The position numbers and the translations under genes are program-made. Of a DNA stretch of 64,000 nucleotides, positions 49,549-62,900 are shown piece by piece. Below the pieces are notes generated by a model. The model had not been told where the DNA came from, ran no database searches, and worked only from the letters and a program-made list of their open reading frames with translations. The stretch comes from Paragordius varius (Eukaryota > Animalia > Nematomorpha): NCBI GenBank assembly GCA_964247055.1, contig OZ176050.1:14446001-14510000 (forward strand), given 5' to 3'. Within the stretch, counting starts at the first letter, position 1. Each line of letters starts with the position of its first letter.

Positions 49549-50972
49549 TTTTTTATATTCGAAATTTTAATATGATATATATCAGTTGTTTTAGCCAAAC
49601 CCTATATCAAGGGTTATGAATTCGTAGCAAATAATTCTATTCGTCTTTTCTTTGATAATGGAATAAGAGGGGAATTTCACGTTTCAGTCCACAGTGAATA
49701 CTCAAATGGGACTTCTTTCAATCAAAATTACCCAAATTTAGTATAAAAATTTTGCTTATATATTTTTATATATTGGCGATTCTGATTTATTTAATAAATT
49801 TAGCGAAACTATAGAATTGAATTTGGAAAAATGCCTGGTAAGACAATGTTCCTAAAAATAAAGCCTTACATAGGGGCCAATGTGCTGTCATATGTGCAAC
49901 AGACATTCTATTTAACATACGTTGAAGGTAAGAATATATTATTAAATCATAATTTTAATGTAATTTTTTTGGGGAAAATACATTAAAAATGATCAAAGTA
50001 TATATAAAAACATTTACTTTTTCCAAAAGACAACCATTTATTTTTAAACTTGATATTATTACAGTATGCATTTTAATGGTTACTTATTTCAACTACAACT
50101 ATAGTTGGGCAAATGGTAAACAGTATATGGCAAAAACAACAAAATGTTAAATAAACAATTTTTTCTTTTTTTCCATACACTACTATGTTGCTAATCACCC
50201 AACTACAGTGTGAAATAAGCAACCATATGCATACTTTAACATAAATCATTGCTATAAATTGCTAAGTATGTAATAGAAATGTAAATTAATAACTATTTTA
50301 TATGGAAAAATCAAGTTTTAAAAACGTATTGTCTTTTGCAAAAAATAATAATGTTGCGTTCGTATAATTTTAATTTTTACTGTTTTCAATGATGACAGAT
50401 CCAGACAGAGACTTACCATTTTGGGCTCGTGATTTTCGCACAACTTACCCCTTGTTATTGATGTGCCCCATATGTTATCGCAATATAAACGGAGTCGTAG
50501 TATGCATGTTTTGTGAAGCTTTTAATCGTACGCGAGAATATATTACATTTGTATGATATAATTAATTATTTTATCAATTAAATGGTCCAATATACATTTT
50601 TTTACAATGAATGAAAAGGGGTTATCTATAATAATTTTTATTATTATAGTACAGTACTGATAGAATAAATTTGATTTGCAATTATAATACAATGTTGCAG
50701 TCACAAATTTTTGTTATCAGTTGAAATTCCACTATAAAAAATTGCATATTTAAGGCTGGGTTGGCGATCAATCGTGTCATTTTTTTATCTATATGACACA
50801 GAGGAGCATAATTTTTGAGGTTATTAATTTTTTATTACATCATACGATATTGATAAAAAATATTTGGTATGAAAACTGTTTATTACTTAATAAATATACT
50901 TTAAGATATTATTATGATTCAAATTATCAATAATTGCTTAATATAAAATTGCTGTTAATTTATAAAACAAAT

Positions 50973-51186
50973 TATAGTACGCATTTTAATGGTTGATTAT
51001 TTCACACTATTAGTTGGGCAATTTGCAACACAGTAGTGTATATGGAAAAAACAACAAAATGTTGAATAAATATTCCCCTTTACATTACTTTATTTATTTT
51101 ATCCAAATTTTGTTTTTCATACACTTAGTTGCAAATTGCCCAACTATAGTGTAAAATAAGCAACCATTAAAATGCATACTTACTAT
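50973..51186. mobile_element. MITE family F
   Basis: TIR GCATTTTAATGGTTG(C/A)TTATTTCACACTAT..GTTGGG. Copies at about 22559-22752, 43700-43856 and 50061-50236. Confidence 0.75.
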
Positions 51187-51580
51187 AATCCTTAAAAAAG
51201 CGTTAATATTCCACATATTAAAATATTGATGATTTCTCCTTATGAAATGCCTTCAATTTAGGCGTGTTTTACTTTTGATGGTAATCAGATATAAGTTTAG
51301 TTAAGGTGAGACTACCAGTGAAGGCGTAAAGGTAGTACGCAGGGCATCGCAAACGTTATACTATAGGTAAATTATTAACCGATAGTTATCTCACACAGTT
51401 AAAATGTCAATAGGACTAATTTTTAAATTTATTCTTATGATTAATAAATACTTATGGTCACAAAATATAAATTTTATAATTAGTGCCAAATATTTGACTG
51501 TATTATTAATGCATTTTACTCTTCAACGTATATTTAGACTCTATATTTATTTTTCATCGCACAAAAAAAGTTTAAAAAGG

Positions 51581-52741
51581 CTAGCGTATATTTGGGAAAT
51601 ATTTGCAAAAGTTTTTATCACAAAACATGTACACAAAGATGACAAGGGTGTAATAAGCCGTCTCCAACATATCAGAGAAGTATATGACTGATATGTTTAA
51701 GATTTTTTCCCGGGCAGCTATAATAATTGTATTTGGAACTTGACACACGCAATAGAAGGCAAAGAAAATAAGTGTAGACAAATCTTTCTTTATGTATGCA
51801 TTGATTGCGATTGATTTTTTCGTTTTACGTTCATGTATATGCTTAATACCCACGCAAGTTTTAGTGTTGTTAGCAATGGCGAAATTCGCCATTGTCTTTT
51901 TTTTACGAGCCAAGCGAACTAAATTTGCCGTTCGACATCCATAATATATGACCGCTATACCCGGGATGATGGATAAGAAGCACATTCGGACTATATCATA
52001 AATGGTGACCCAGTTTTTTTCAAAAATTTCATCTAACACATACAGGGTTTGATGGGCATATGGTATCCATTTACCAGCCATTTCATCTCTCCAGATGTAT
52101 GTCATTTTATGGCACGTTTCTACGCGATACCAAAAATTGCTGGAAAAGGAAAGGGCGATCGTAATCAATGAACAAACCCAAGGGAGGTAAAATTTAATTT
52201 TCTTTCGCTTGGCATCAGAATGGATTAGGGAATAGGGTAGCAATGGGTTTGCCAATGATAAAAACTGGTCTCTTAACATTAGGGCAAGAGTAACGGCTGA
52301 TGCAGAGACTAAACCATTGACAAACATAACTGTCACATACGTCGATATGATCCAATTTCGGTTGGGAAAAAGGGGACCTCCTCCTCTCATATGCGTTAAA
52401 ATAGTACTTACGCTATTATGTAAACGACAAGCACAAGTTATCCAATTATACCAGATCAAGCATGTCAGGTAATAGTAATACCATCGAGTTCCAACTTGGT
52501 TCATGTTACGACGAATTCGCCCTAAAATCCAAAGACCCAGCGAATTGCCCACCAAACCGGTAAAGAGTAATATGGGTAAAACTACGACAGTTATAGCGTT
52601 TGTTAGTACCCGTAAATCAGTGCTAAATATTTCATGTGACACATTGACAGAACAATTATAAATGGTGCTTTTGGTAAGGTTTCCGAGGCCTAGCTTTGTG
52701 AATAAACCATCATTGGAATCTGAATCGTTTGGAGCCGACAT
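51581..52741 (-). CDS. Divergent rhodopsin-class (class A) GPCR, peptide-receptor-like, intronless, 386 aa
   Basis: Seven hydrophobic segments. TM1 PILLFTGLVGNSLGLWIL; TM3 end LMLRDQFLSLANPL (E/DRY position); TM5 FLSIIPG; TM6 FYCVCQVP; TM7 YYTLVIFVYMFCDKNF. N-terminal N-glycosylation sequons (NDS, NLT, NCS, NVS). Confidence 0.88.
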   Translation of the reverse strand: MSAPNDSDSNDGLFTKLGLGNLTKSTIYNCSVNVSHEIFSTDLRVLTNAITVVVLPILLFTGLVGNSLGLWILGRIRRNMNQVGTRWYYYYLTCLIWYNWITCACRLHNSVSTILTHMRGGGPLFPNRNWIISTYVTVMFVNGLVSASAVTLALMLRDQFLSLANPLLPYSLIHSDAKRKKIKFYLPWVCSLITIALSFSSNFWYRVETCHKMTYIWRDEMAGKWIPYAHQTLYVLDEIFEKNWVTIYDIVRMCFLSIIPGIAVIYYGCRTANLVRLARKKKTMANFAIANNTKTCVGIKHIHERKTKKSIAINAYIKKDLSTLIFFAFYCVCQVPNTIIIAAREKILNISVIYFSDMLETAYYTLVIFVYMFCDKNFCKYFPNIR

Positions 52742-55700
52742 ATTCTGATTTTGGGTAAGTTATTAAATAATAACTTTTTTACGAATTACGTATCTTTGCC
52801 AAATATTAATGAGAAGAGTGACATTACTACTCCACTACCACATAAGAAATTCATTAATAATTTAAAACAAATTGTCTTTATTCCATTGATAAACCAAAAG
52901 TACACATAAATTATTTAATCATAATGCGAAAATTATACATGAAAGTAGAGGTAACTTACGCAAACAATGATTCTTCAAATTTATTTAAAATTTATTAAAT
53001 GGTAGTAATACTTTCTTTGCTCTAACATAAGGGAATAAGGAATAAAGCTATGCGTTTACAGAAGTCCCTCATAACTTATCATGGATAAATGCATCTGGCG
53101 CTACGAATATTTCATGAATTATAATACCAAAGTATTCAACATTTTTTCCCGGTTTTTTGGTAAAAAATATAAAAATTTGGAAGGATTCAAAATATTGTTA
53201 CATCAGCTTCTACAGACAATGCCTTTTTATCTGGTTTATGAATTCCATTCCAAAAACGGTTTGTAGTCTTTTGCGATTAACCTGTTAAGCCAATTTTCAA
53301 CGTCTTCGAAACGATTAAAATACTGTTTTGAGATGTTGTGCCCCATTTATGCGAGTTTTACTAGCAGCCAGGTCAGGATATTTTAGAGGAAGCAAAAAAA
53401 TTTTAAGTGGCTTCACTGGTTTATTTCGCTAGCTGAAACAAAAAATTGTCATGTAGCAAAGTACCTTATCTTGTATTATCATTGCAATTATAAAGCTAAA
53501 ATTAAATGAATTTATTGGGTGAATTTTCGATTACCACTAGTAATCTTTGTCAAAAAATAAAATTATTAAATAAACCTTCTGCCTGATTCGGATCGTTTTT
53601 CGATTAATGCATAAATTAGAGCATCTGTTGGCATTAGTGTTGTATATTAGCGGTTTTACATACATGCTCTGTACCAGATCCAGACCACACTCTTCTTCTG
53701 ATGGCAATGCGTTTCACCAATTTCTTTTTCAGTTGTGAAATTTGACTTGATTACCTGAAATAACGTTAGTTTTTGGCGGACTCAACTGGTGTCTGTTTTT
53801 CGTTTATTGCAGATGAACAAAATCTGTACTGAAGGTTTGAGTACCTGAGGTATTCTCTTAGCTAGGGCAATACCTTATCACCACACTTGTATATTATAAT
53901 GTGTTTAGGGTCGAAATGTTTTTTTTCAACGTAGAAGAATTTACTATAGTTTCAGAACCACAAAATGTGGGGTTATTTTGCATAAAAATAAAGTCCAACG
54001 ATTTTAGGCAGTTGATTGGTTTTATAATATTTTTTTTATATCTATTCATAAATCAAAATGGGTAAATTGCAATGGTAATAGGCTAATGCATTATAATAGG
54101 AATATGTTTTAATGATCTCATTTTGAAAGCATTAAATCAGATTTTTTAAAAATTTTAATATATTTCATAAAATATTGAAAAATTTTATAATGAGTATATT
54201 AAAATTATAACGAATTTAACTTTCCGAAAACGCTTGATTTTTACTCACTAGCTCCTTTTTGTAAAAATTCATTATGACCTTTTCGGGTAATTTTGTATCA
54301 CTGAGCGATTTTTCATTTTATAAGGTATTAAGAATTTTATAAATATGCTTTCTTTAGCCTTTTAGCGCATTTTTTTCAAAAATGTAAAATTGTAAAAAAA
54401 TTCTCATCTCAAACTTTTCGCCGCAGCCATTTTTTTTCTTTGAATTTTTTTAGATCACTAATGCAACAGGCATATAGATGCATATTATGATTAGATAATG
54501 TAACTAATTATAAAAAGCTTTCAGGCTATTTTACCAATAACAAGTGCATATAGTTTAATAAATATCAGCTGTTTAATCGTATTTTAAAGATGTCACAATT
54601 TTAAACTCTAGAAATCACAAAACTGCAACAAATATACCTTATGTATGGGGAAAATGTTTGATAATTAGATTTAAACTAAAATAATTTACACAGTAGGTTA
54701 TTTACAAAATTTAGCTCTAGGATATAAAATTACCCCAAATTTAAGATAAAAAAGTGATAAATTTATGTTGTGTCAAAAAATTTTAAACCGTTTGGTAGCA
54801 TAGATGAAAATAAGCGCATTAAATATCTCCGTATCTAGCAAAATTACCCATGTTCAACAATATTTTTGGTCAAAGCGTTGCTTCATTCCAAAAAAATCAT
54901 TAATATATATAATTAACTATGGGGGGGGGGTGATAAAAAATTTTTTTTGACTTGGGTTGCGAATTTTTTAAGTCAGGGCTTGCTTTCGTTTGATAAAAAA
55001 ATTTAACAATAAACGACTTAAGTCATGCAAGAAAACTTGATTCGAAGGTGTAAAACTCATATGATCTAGTATAACTTAAAGATTAGGCAAGGGTGGTGTA
55101 GGGCACACTTGACAGTTTCGAAAATATGGATAACATTTTTGGAAACTATTCATTGGTAATTTTGGTTTTACATGTAATTAAAACCTTGGTTAATGCTATA
55201 ACTGTTTATTTAATAAGTCTAATTTACCTATTCAAATTAGGTGGATACAAAAGAGGATAAATTTTTAGATAAAATATGCTAATATTGCCGCTTTAGTAAA
55301 CTTGCTCAACTTGTTACGGTTGACTTACAAGTCAAGTGCGACTTTTTTACCACCCCACACTATATTAAAAAACAATATTTTTATTTCAATTTTAAGATAT
55401 GGTCTTCAAAAGTGTTAAATTTTTTGCGCCTTAAAATGGGCTTAGACTTTAAAAATAAGCGAAAAAAGCTGAAATATTTATTCAATCGACACAGTGCACA
55501 AAATTAGGCGTTAGAATATTATCTTGTTGAAATATTTTTAGATAAATATAACACGTTTAAATATAGTTCTCGTGTACTTTTGGTTTGGGCATTAAGAGTC
55601 AATTGACTAAAATATTTGAATTTTGTGATATGTGCTCTATATTACAAACTAGCAAAATTAGCGCACCATATGCTTAAATTTTTGTGATCAGCTTGTAGCA

Positions 55701-56745
55701 TCATTAAAATTATCATTAAGATATAATGAACAATAAAAAGCAAAACGCTGGGACCCCAAAAGCCTTGTAATATTTTAAACGTCCAAATCAGTTCCAAAAA
55801 TGTACACAAAATTACCGATGCGATATTAATTTTTATTTGTGCTAGTATGACAAAAAGTTATTTATATTCATACTTTTACAATTTTTAGTTTTAAAATTTT
55901 GTGGAAGCGTATTTTATGGTTGTATTATGGAAACGTTTAAACGCTTAAAAAAACATTTTTTCGTAATGGTTTAAAGGATAATAAACATTTTCATCTCCTC
56001 GGATTTTAAATTTAAGGATTTATTTGTCTTTAGATTTAAGTTTATGAATTGTTTAGCAAAGAAAAACTTTTAAACATTTCGATATGAATTGGGCTAACTG
56101 GATATCTAAGTCACTTTAAATTGTAATCATACAAAAATTATATAAATGGCGGCCTTATAGGTTTATATTTTAATAAAATTATAAATCCAAAAAATGAATT
56201 TTAGTATTGAATAAAAAGTTCCATATTAAACTACCATATCCTTTTTATCTCACAACTTTTTAGCAATATATCGTATTAACATAAATATCAGCAGAAAAAT
56301 GCTATCATTTAGCTTATCTAATCATGTCATGTTTCAACTTTTGATCCATGTTTTTTTTATATAATGAAAATTATCAAGTTTTGAAAGAATCGTCTTTTAT
56401 AATTTGGTCCATCAATGTTTCATTGAAAACTTTTAAAATAGTTTGAATAGAGAGTGCACATAAAATAAATCATGATTAAATGTTATATATTATATGTATC
56501 AGGATTCTCGACGATACACACTTATAAGACAAAAAAAATTTAATGAAAAAATATAAAAATATTTTTACCACCTAGACTCACTATTAAAATCTTAACATTC
56601 ATATTTTATTAAGTAAAAAAAACTTATATATTAAAATTAAACCAAAAATATTGTTTTTTATTTTTGCCTTTTTTGTCATCTGGTTTATGAGTGTATAAAA
56701 AGTTTATACTTTTTTTGGAATCTTACATGAGTGGGATTCTTAAAT

Positions 56746-56898
56746 ATATAATTTATGCAAAATAGGATTTAAAAAGTGGAATATCAACCAACAATTAACC
56801 CAATAAAAATATTAATTTGTCCTAAAACAGACTTGTTACAGGGATTTGATTTGGTGATATTCCACTACTTTTAAATCCTATTTTGCATAAATTTTATA
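56746..56898. mobile_element. Small MITE (TIRs of about 45 bp)
   Basis: AATTTATGCAAAATAGGATTTAAAAAGTGGAATATCA is mirrored by TGATATTCCACTACTTTTAAATCCTATTTTGCATAAATT. Confidence 0.7.
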
Positions 56899-57164
56899 CC
56901 TTTGCTGAAATTTAATAGAAACCCTAACTATAAGATTTTAGGCTATTTATATATTGAAAATATATCCTATAATAATAAACCTAATATCTCAAATTTTATC
57001 ATTATTTTTTGAATTATCCTAAATTATCCTTAATTTCACTTTTGTCGATGTCGATTTCTCTCAAAATTCACCAGGTTGTCCACAAATAAAAATTTTTGCG
57101 GCAAATGAATAGGCTGGTCCAAAGCTTCTCTAGAAAAAAAATTTTTTGAATTTTTTTTCACACA

Positions 57165-57212
<48 letters not shown>

Positions 57213-58074
57213 CACAATGGGTTTTTAATATTTAAAAGTGAGTTCAACATCAATGCCATTTTTAAAAGCTAGTTATTTTTTAGACGCAAATTATAATTTT
57301 TAAAAAATGTTTAATTTGGAAAATTTTAATTTTAAATTTGTTAAAGCGCACTTTATGCTTTTTAAGCATAACGGAAACGGAATTAAAATGCTTTACAACA
57401 TTCTAAGCAGCTGTTTATATAAAATCAAAAGGTAAGATTTAAGGGTGATCAACATTTTTATCACCTAAAAAAATTTTTAAGATGTGTTTGTTTAGGTATT
57501 TAATATAAATTTAAAGCCGTCAATTCTAAAACTAAGGTGATAAAAATGTGAATATTTAGTCAAAATGTTTAAAACGTTTGATACCTTTTCTGCCATTACT
57601 TTAGACTTCATTAGATTTGCATTTTCTGTCCGCGATGACATTTAATTGTAGTTTTATATTGCAGATTTTATTTAAATAGACTACTGCTTTATAAGTTGTT
57701 TTGGTTAAAATTAATTCTCAAACATTTTTTCGCTTTATCTGTTAAAAAAGTTACATTTATTTAGAGTTTCATAATTTCTAGAGTCTAAAATCGGGACACT
57801 AAAAAGCAATCCACAGCTGATTTTAAAAATTATAAATATCCAATATTTGTTAACAAATTGGAATATGTAATTACGCCAGAAAAAACTGCTGAAAGAAACC
57901 GTTTCATTTAAAATTTATGCTCCTATGCTAATAAAAATTGTATAAATAAGCCATAAATAAAATTTAGTTTTGAAAAAAAAAGTTACGTATTTTACAACAT
58001 TTGCAAAATATCGTGTTTATTTGATAAGGCAAAAATCAAATTTTATTTAACACTTGGATACAATACATTTATAT

Positions 58075-58874
58075 CAGTCCTTCGATTTAAATTGGGGTAG
58101 GTAAATACCCCAGGCCTATTTAAAATAAAATTCTTTAAAAAATATGGAAGGAATCGAAACAATGGCAAAGTCCTGCACTTATATAACATTAATAAACCTA
58201 AATTTATAAAAAAATCATTCAAAAATACTTGATATTACTCATTTCAAAAACCGAAACGTAAAAAATTAGTCAACGTGTGCGTGCAATTGTCAAATTGAAA
58301 TATAATAATTAAATGACTTTTTCTATTCCTATCAATGTTACATGTAATTAAATAAAAAATTAGCCTTAAATTTACTCTTAAAATTGAATAAAGAAGATAT
58401 TTTGCAAAAATTTTGTAAAATAAAAATGGCGTCGAAGTAGTTTGTCATGGAACTTTTTTTTTCAAAACAAAACTTTATTTAGATATTTTGGCATATTTAT
58501 ATAATTTTTATTAGGATAGAAGCATAATTTAAATTGGGACCGTTTCCTTCAGTAGTTTTCTAAAATTTCTAATTTAAATTTAGTCTGGGGTATTTAGATA
58601 CCCCAATTTGAATCGAAGTGTTAAATATAAACAGAAGAAGACGTATATGTTGCTTTATTATTATAGTTAGCTAATGCATTCTTGTTGGCTAATTTACCTA
58701 TGGGTTTTACCTATGAATAAGAATATCAAGTATTATATATGATTTTTATGTTTAGTTTTAATAATTTTATATAAGTGCAAACTTTAGCCATGATATTAAT
58801 TTATTTCGTATTTAAGTATTTTATTTTAAACAAGCTTGGGATATCCAAAAACCCGACTTTTAATCGAAGGACTG
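58075..58874. mobile_element. 800-bp non-autonomous TIR element with CAGT termini
   Basis: CAGTCCTTCGATT at the left end and AATCGAAGGACTG at the right end. An internal inverted copy of the left end lies at about 58585-58618. Confidence 0.55.
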
Positions 58875-59933
58875 AAAATGTGTTGTACCTAAGGATTAAA
58901 GTCATATACTCTAACCCTAATGTGCAATTATTTGCCTTTTACAGCTTTTGTTGATGAATGCGCTTAATATAAAGAATGTTTTTTAATACTGAAATTTAAA
59001 ATCGCATTGAGTTATAAAACAACCCTGAAAGATAATAATTTCTTTTTTCGATATCCAAATTTAGCATTAAATATTTTAATTGTGCAATATCAGCATTTTG
59101 CGTTTACATTGATAAAAAGTTGGGGTCCAAAAAAACTTTCGGAGCCCATATCTTATATACCAAATTTTATATAATATTGTTTTGCTTTATATTTGTAGAT
59201 CATATATTTTGGTCAAATCTTTTGGTTTGAAGTAGTGATACACAAAATGTTAATTAGCAAAACGGCACATTGTGCTATTTTCTGATATAGATTATCCTAA
59301 ATCACTCGTAATGCCCCTAACCAAAACAACCGTAATAATCCTGGTTCATTCTAAATTGATCAGGATATATTGTGTGTGGAACTTGTATTTTGTTAAATTA
59401 CTCCTTCACACTATCATAGAAAGTGAACTGGATAGATATAGCTAAAATATGGATAAAGGTTGCTTTTTATTTAAAAACGCCAATGAATTTGCTTAATAAA
59501 TTATATATATAATAGTTTTGGACTTCCTAACAGAAAATAACGAAAAAAAGTTAGCCCCGCGATGTTCAATTGTCTTATCATAAGAAATCAATTTACAGTT
59601 AACACCTTGTTTTTAGAAAAATATTTAACACAAGTGCATTCATTAGGATAAAAAAATTTACATGCGTGAGAATAGCGTATATGGAAAACCTGAAAAATGA
59701 TAACAAGCGCTTTGCTATGCATATCAGTCTAAATATTAAAAATGTTTGCTAGAAATCTAAAAAATAACATAGGTGTTTAAATTTCTTTTATTTCATAGAT
59801 TTATACATATTTAAATATTTATTTAAACCTTAATATTTCGTAAAGCATTAAAAAATTTATTATAAAACTTTATACCTAGTGCTACTAAACTCTCTTCACC
59901 TCAATAGATATGGCGAACGAATATTGATTTGAG

Positions 59934-62900
59934 ATGAGTTGTGAGGCCGACGTCTTTAAGATTAACAAAAAATTAGACGAAATAATTAAATTAAATAATG
60001 ATGTAATATATTTTTACCCTTTAACATATAAATTTTTATAAAAATTTATAATAAATATGAACAATACATGCATATATAATCTACACTAAGTTTTATATTT
60101 TTAGTCGGATACATCGTTAGATTTGTTGAATAAGCTCAATAGTATGCCGCTTACGCTCGAAGTTCTTCAAGTAAATGTTTTATTTAACTTTTTTAGAAAA
60201 CTCGAATTGGCATGACGGTAAATGCACTCCGAAAAAGTACCAAGAATGAACAAATTTCCAATTTAGCCAAACATTTAATTAAAAAATGGAAAAAGTTGTT
60301 AACTGGTAATATATTTAATATAACTATTTTAGATCAAAATGCCAATAAAGAGCGCAAATCATCCAGTTCAAGTGAAAAAATAAATGCGAACGGTAATGCA
60401 ACCTTGCCAAATGATCATTCTTTGAATGGAACCCTAAACAACCATAATTCTAGTCCTTCCAATTCACAAGATTCATTATCTAGCTTCAATCCAGCATTTA
60501 GCAATTCTTATTCGGTAACAAACGATCCAGTTCGACTCAAATGCCAATCGCTAATTTTAAATGCGTTAACATATGATGGTATGCTTTTTTTTCATAAATT
60601 TTTAAAATAAAATATTTTTGGACTTTTATTTATAATGATATTTTTTTTAATTGCAAATATTTTTTTAGTAAATTTATAATTTATCAAAATTTGTTTTATA
60701 AAAATTTTCTCTGTCTTTTATGCTTATATCTTTTGATAAAAGGATACATGGATAAAAAATTGAAGTCATTCATTTTTAACAATAAAAATTAAAGTTTATT
60801 TGCCGTAAAAAAATAAATGCAACGTCAATAGTTTTTGTAAAATATACATTACTCTGTTCATTTAAATATGATTAAAGTTCAGGTTTAAATGCCACACTCA
60901 ACGTTTTTTTAGAATTGGAAAAATTTGAAAAAACGAATATTACTAAAATTTTACAGTATGAAATAAAAACATTGCTGTTTTTTTTAATAGCACCAGATAG
61001 TGCTGGGGTGTCCAATACGCGCCCCTCTAAAATATTTCAGAAATAAAAATTACGATAACTAAGTACAATTGATTATCTTAAACAAATTTTATGAATAAAT
61101 CGTTCAAAATTTTGATGTTGTGAATTAGAATAAAATTTTAGTTTTTGCCGTCTTGTGCTTAAAATCTAATAAAATATTGTTAATTGCCTATATATTTTGC
61201 AAATGCCTCCCGTCAAGCCATTTGTGTTGGACAACTCTGAGGTAATGTTTACAACAAAGCTCAATTATTACTATAGTGAAAGAAAGCGAAAAACTCTATT
61301 ATATTTCTTTTAATTTATAAGCCATTTATCGATAAAAAATCAATTTAATCTTTTCATTGAATTGAATAAGATAAAAACTCTAATGGTGAATGTTTTTTTT
61401 AAAAACAAATTATGTATAATCTCAAATTTTTTTCGATTATGATATGGTGCCTCGTTTTAGTTTACTATCAAAAATATTTTATCTTCAATCCAAACATTTA
61501 TGCGTTAATATATTTGCAGTTTGAAAAGGAAAGAAAAAATATCAATTTTTAAATGGACTAAATTTTAAACACCCATTGACCATTATATTAAAGATCACTT
61601 AATTTATTTAAACTTTAAATTGATTATTTCATATTGATAGATATGCCATATGGGAGAATGGATATTAAAGAAATTGCCGTACGTTGTGAAGATGATATCC
61701 TTTTTTACCAATAATTTTATATTATATTTTTTTATTATTTTAAAATTTGCAAAAAAAATCAAAGGGTTAAACGTAAAAACTTAGAAATTTATTTAATAAG
61801 GACCATACTTTTTCTTGATTAATCATGTAAAAACTGTTTAATTAAAATTTTGAAATATCTTAAATAGTGTATGTTACCAACTTATACTATTTCTTATTTT
61901 GCAAAATTATAGGTATATATATTTTAAAAATTAAAATTTAAAACACTATTTTTCTTAAACATATTCCTTTTAACATTTTGCAATAAAATTTAAATTTTTA
62001 TTGTAAATATTAAGTTATTATTTTACTTGTTTTTTTACCTAGTAATAAAATTAAATATTATTTGCCTTAACTCACACGAACTATTGTAAAATGATATATT
62101 ATACCAATCTTCAAAGAATTCGGTAACACAGAAATGAAATATAAAACTCGCGTAAGGAGTAAAGTCGCAAATTTAAAGGACACCAAAAACCCGAAACTGC
62201 GGGAAAATGTCCTTTTAGGCCACATTGCACCAGAAAGGCTGGCTGTCATGACACCTGAGGTAATGATTTTTATTTTTTTTAAATTATGTTTTTTGAGTTA
62301 ATTGATGTTTTTACTTTTAGGTATATTAGTAAATGGAATATAACTGATTTTTTTTATTTTTTGAAAAGTTAAGTATATATTAGGTTCCTTTATAATGTTC
62401 TCCTTTAATAAGGTACTTTAAACAGTGATGATGTCATCTACAAATTATCTTATCTTTTAATCAATTAAAAGGGTTTTTATACAGAATAAATATGTTTTCA
62501 AATTTTACTGTGTAAGATTTAAAATCTTTCGCATTTTATACAATAATTCAATGAAATGTTAAATTTTATATTTTGCTTATAAAAAACAGATTTTTGAGGT
62601 TTTTTTTAAGATTTTTGAAAAATTGAGAGGCATTGTTGATTAGTTTTTTAGATATTTTTAAAAATATTTTTAATGACACTAAATTGGATATCTTATCACC
62701 AAAAATAAATCTGAAATAATTATTTTTTATGATTTGAGCTGTCTAAATCTTTATATTTGCAAAATTAAAAAGCCCTAGAATAATTGTAATTTACGGGAGT
62801 ATTGAAATAAATTTAGTTAAAGATGAGACCCTAATTTTTTTGGCTCTCGGTATTTATAAGATTTGCGTATATTATTATTATGAGTTTTGAATATTGTATA

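Noticed and set aside
53280-53880. GC-richer region with a TTAACC-type end, possible transposase fossil
   Set aside because: No recognisable motif or sustained frame.
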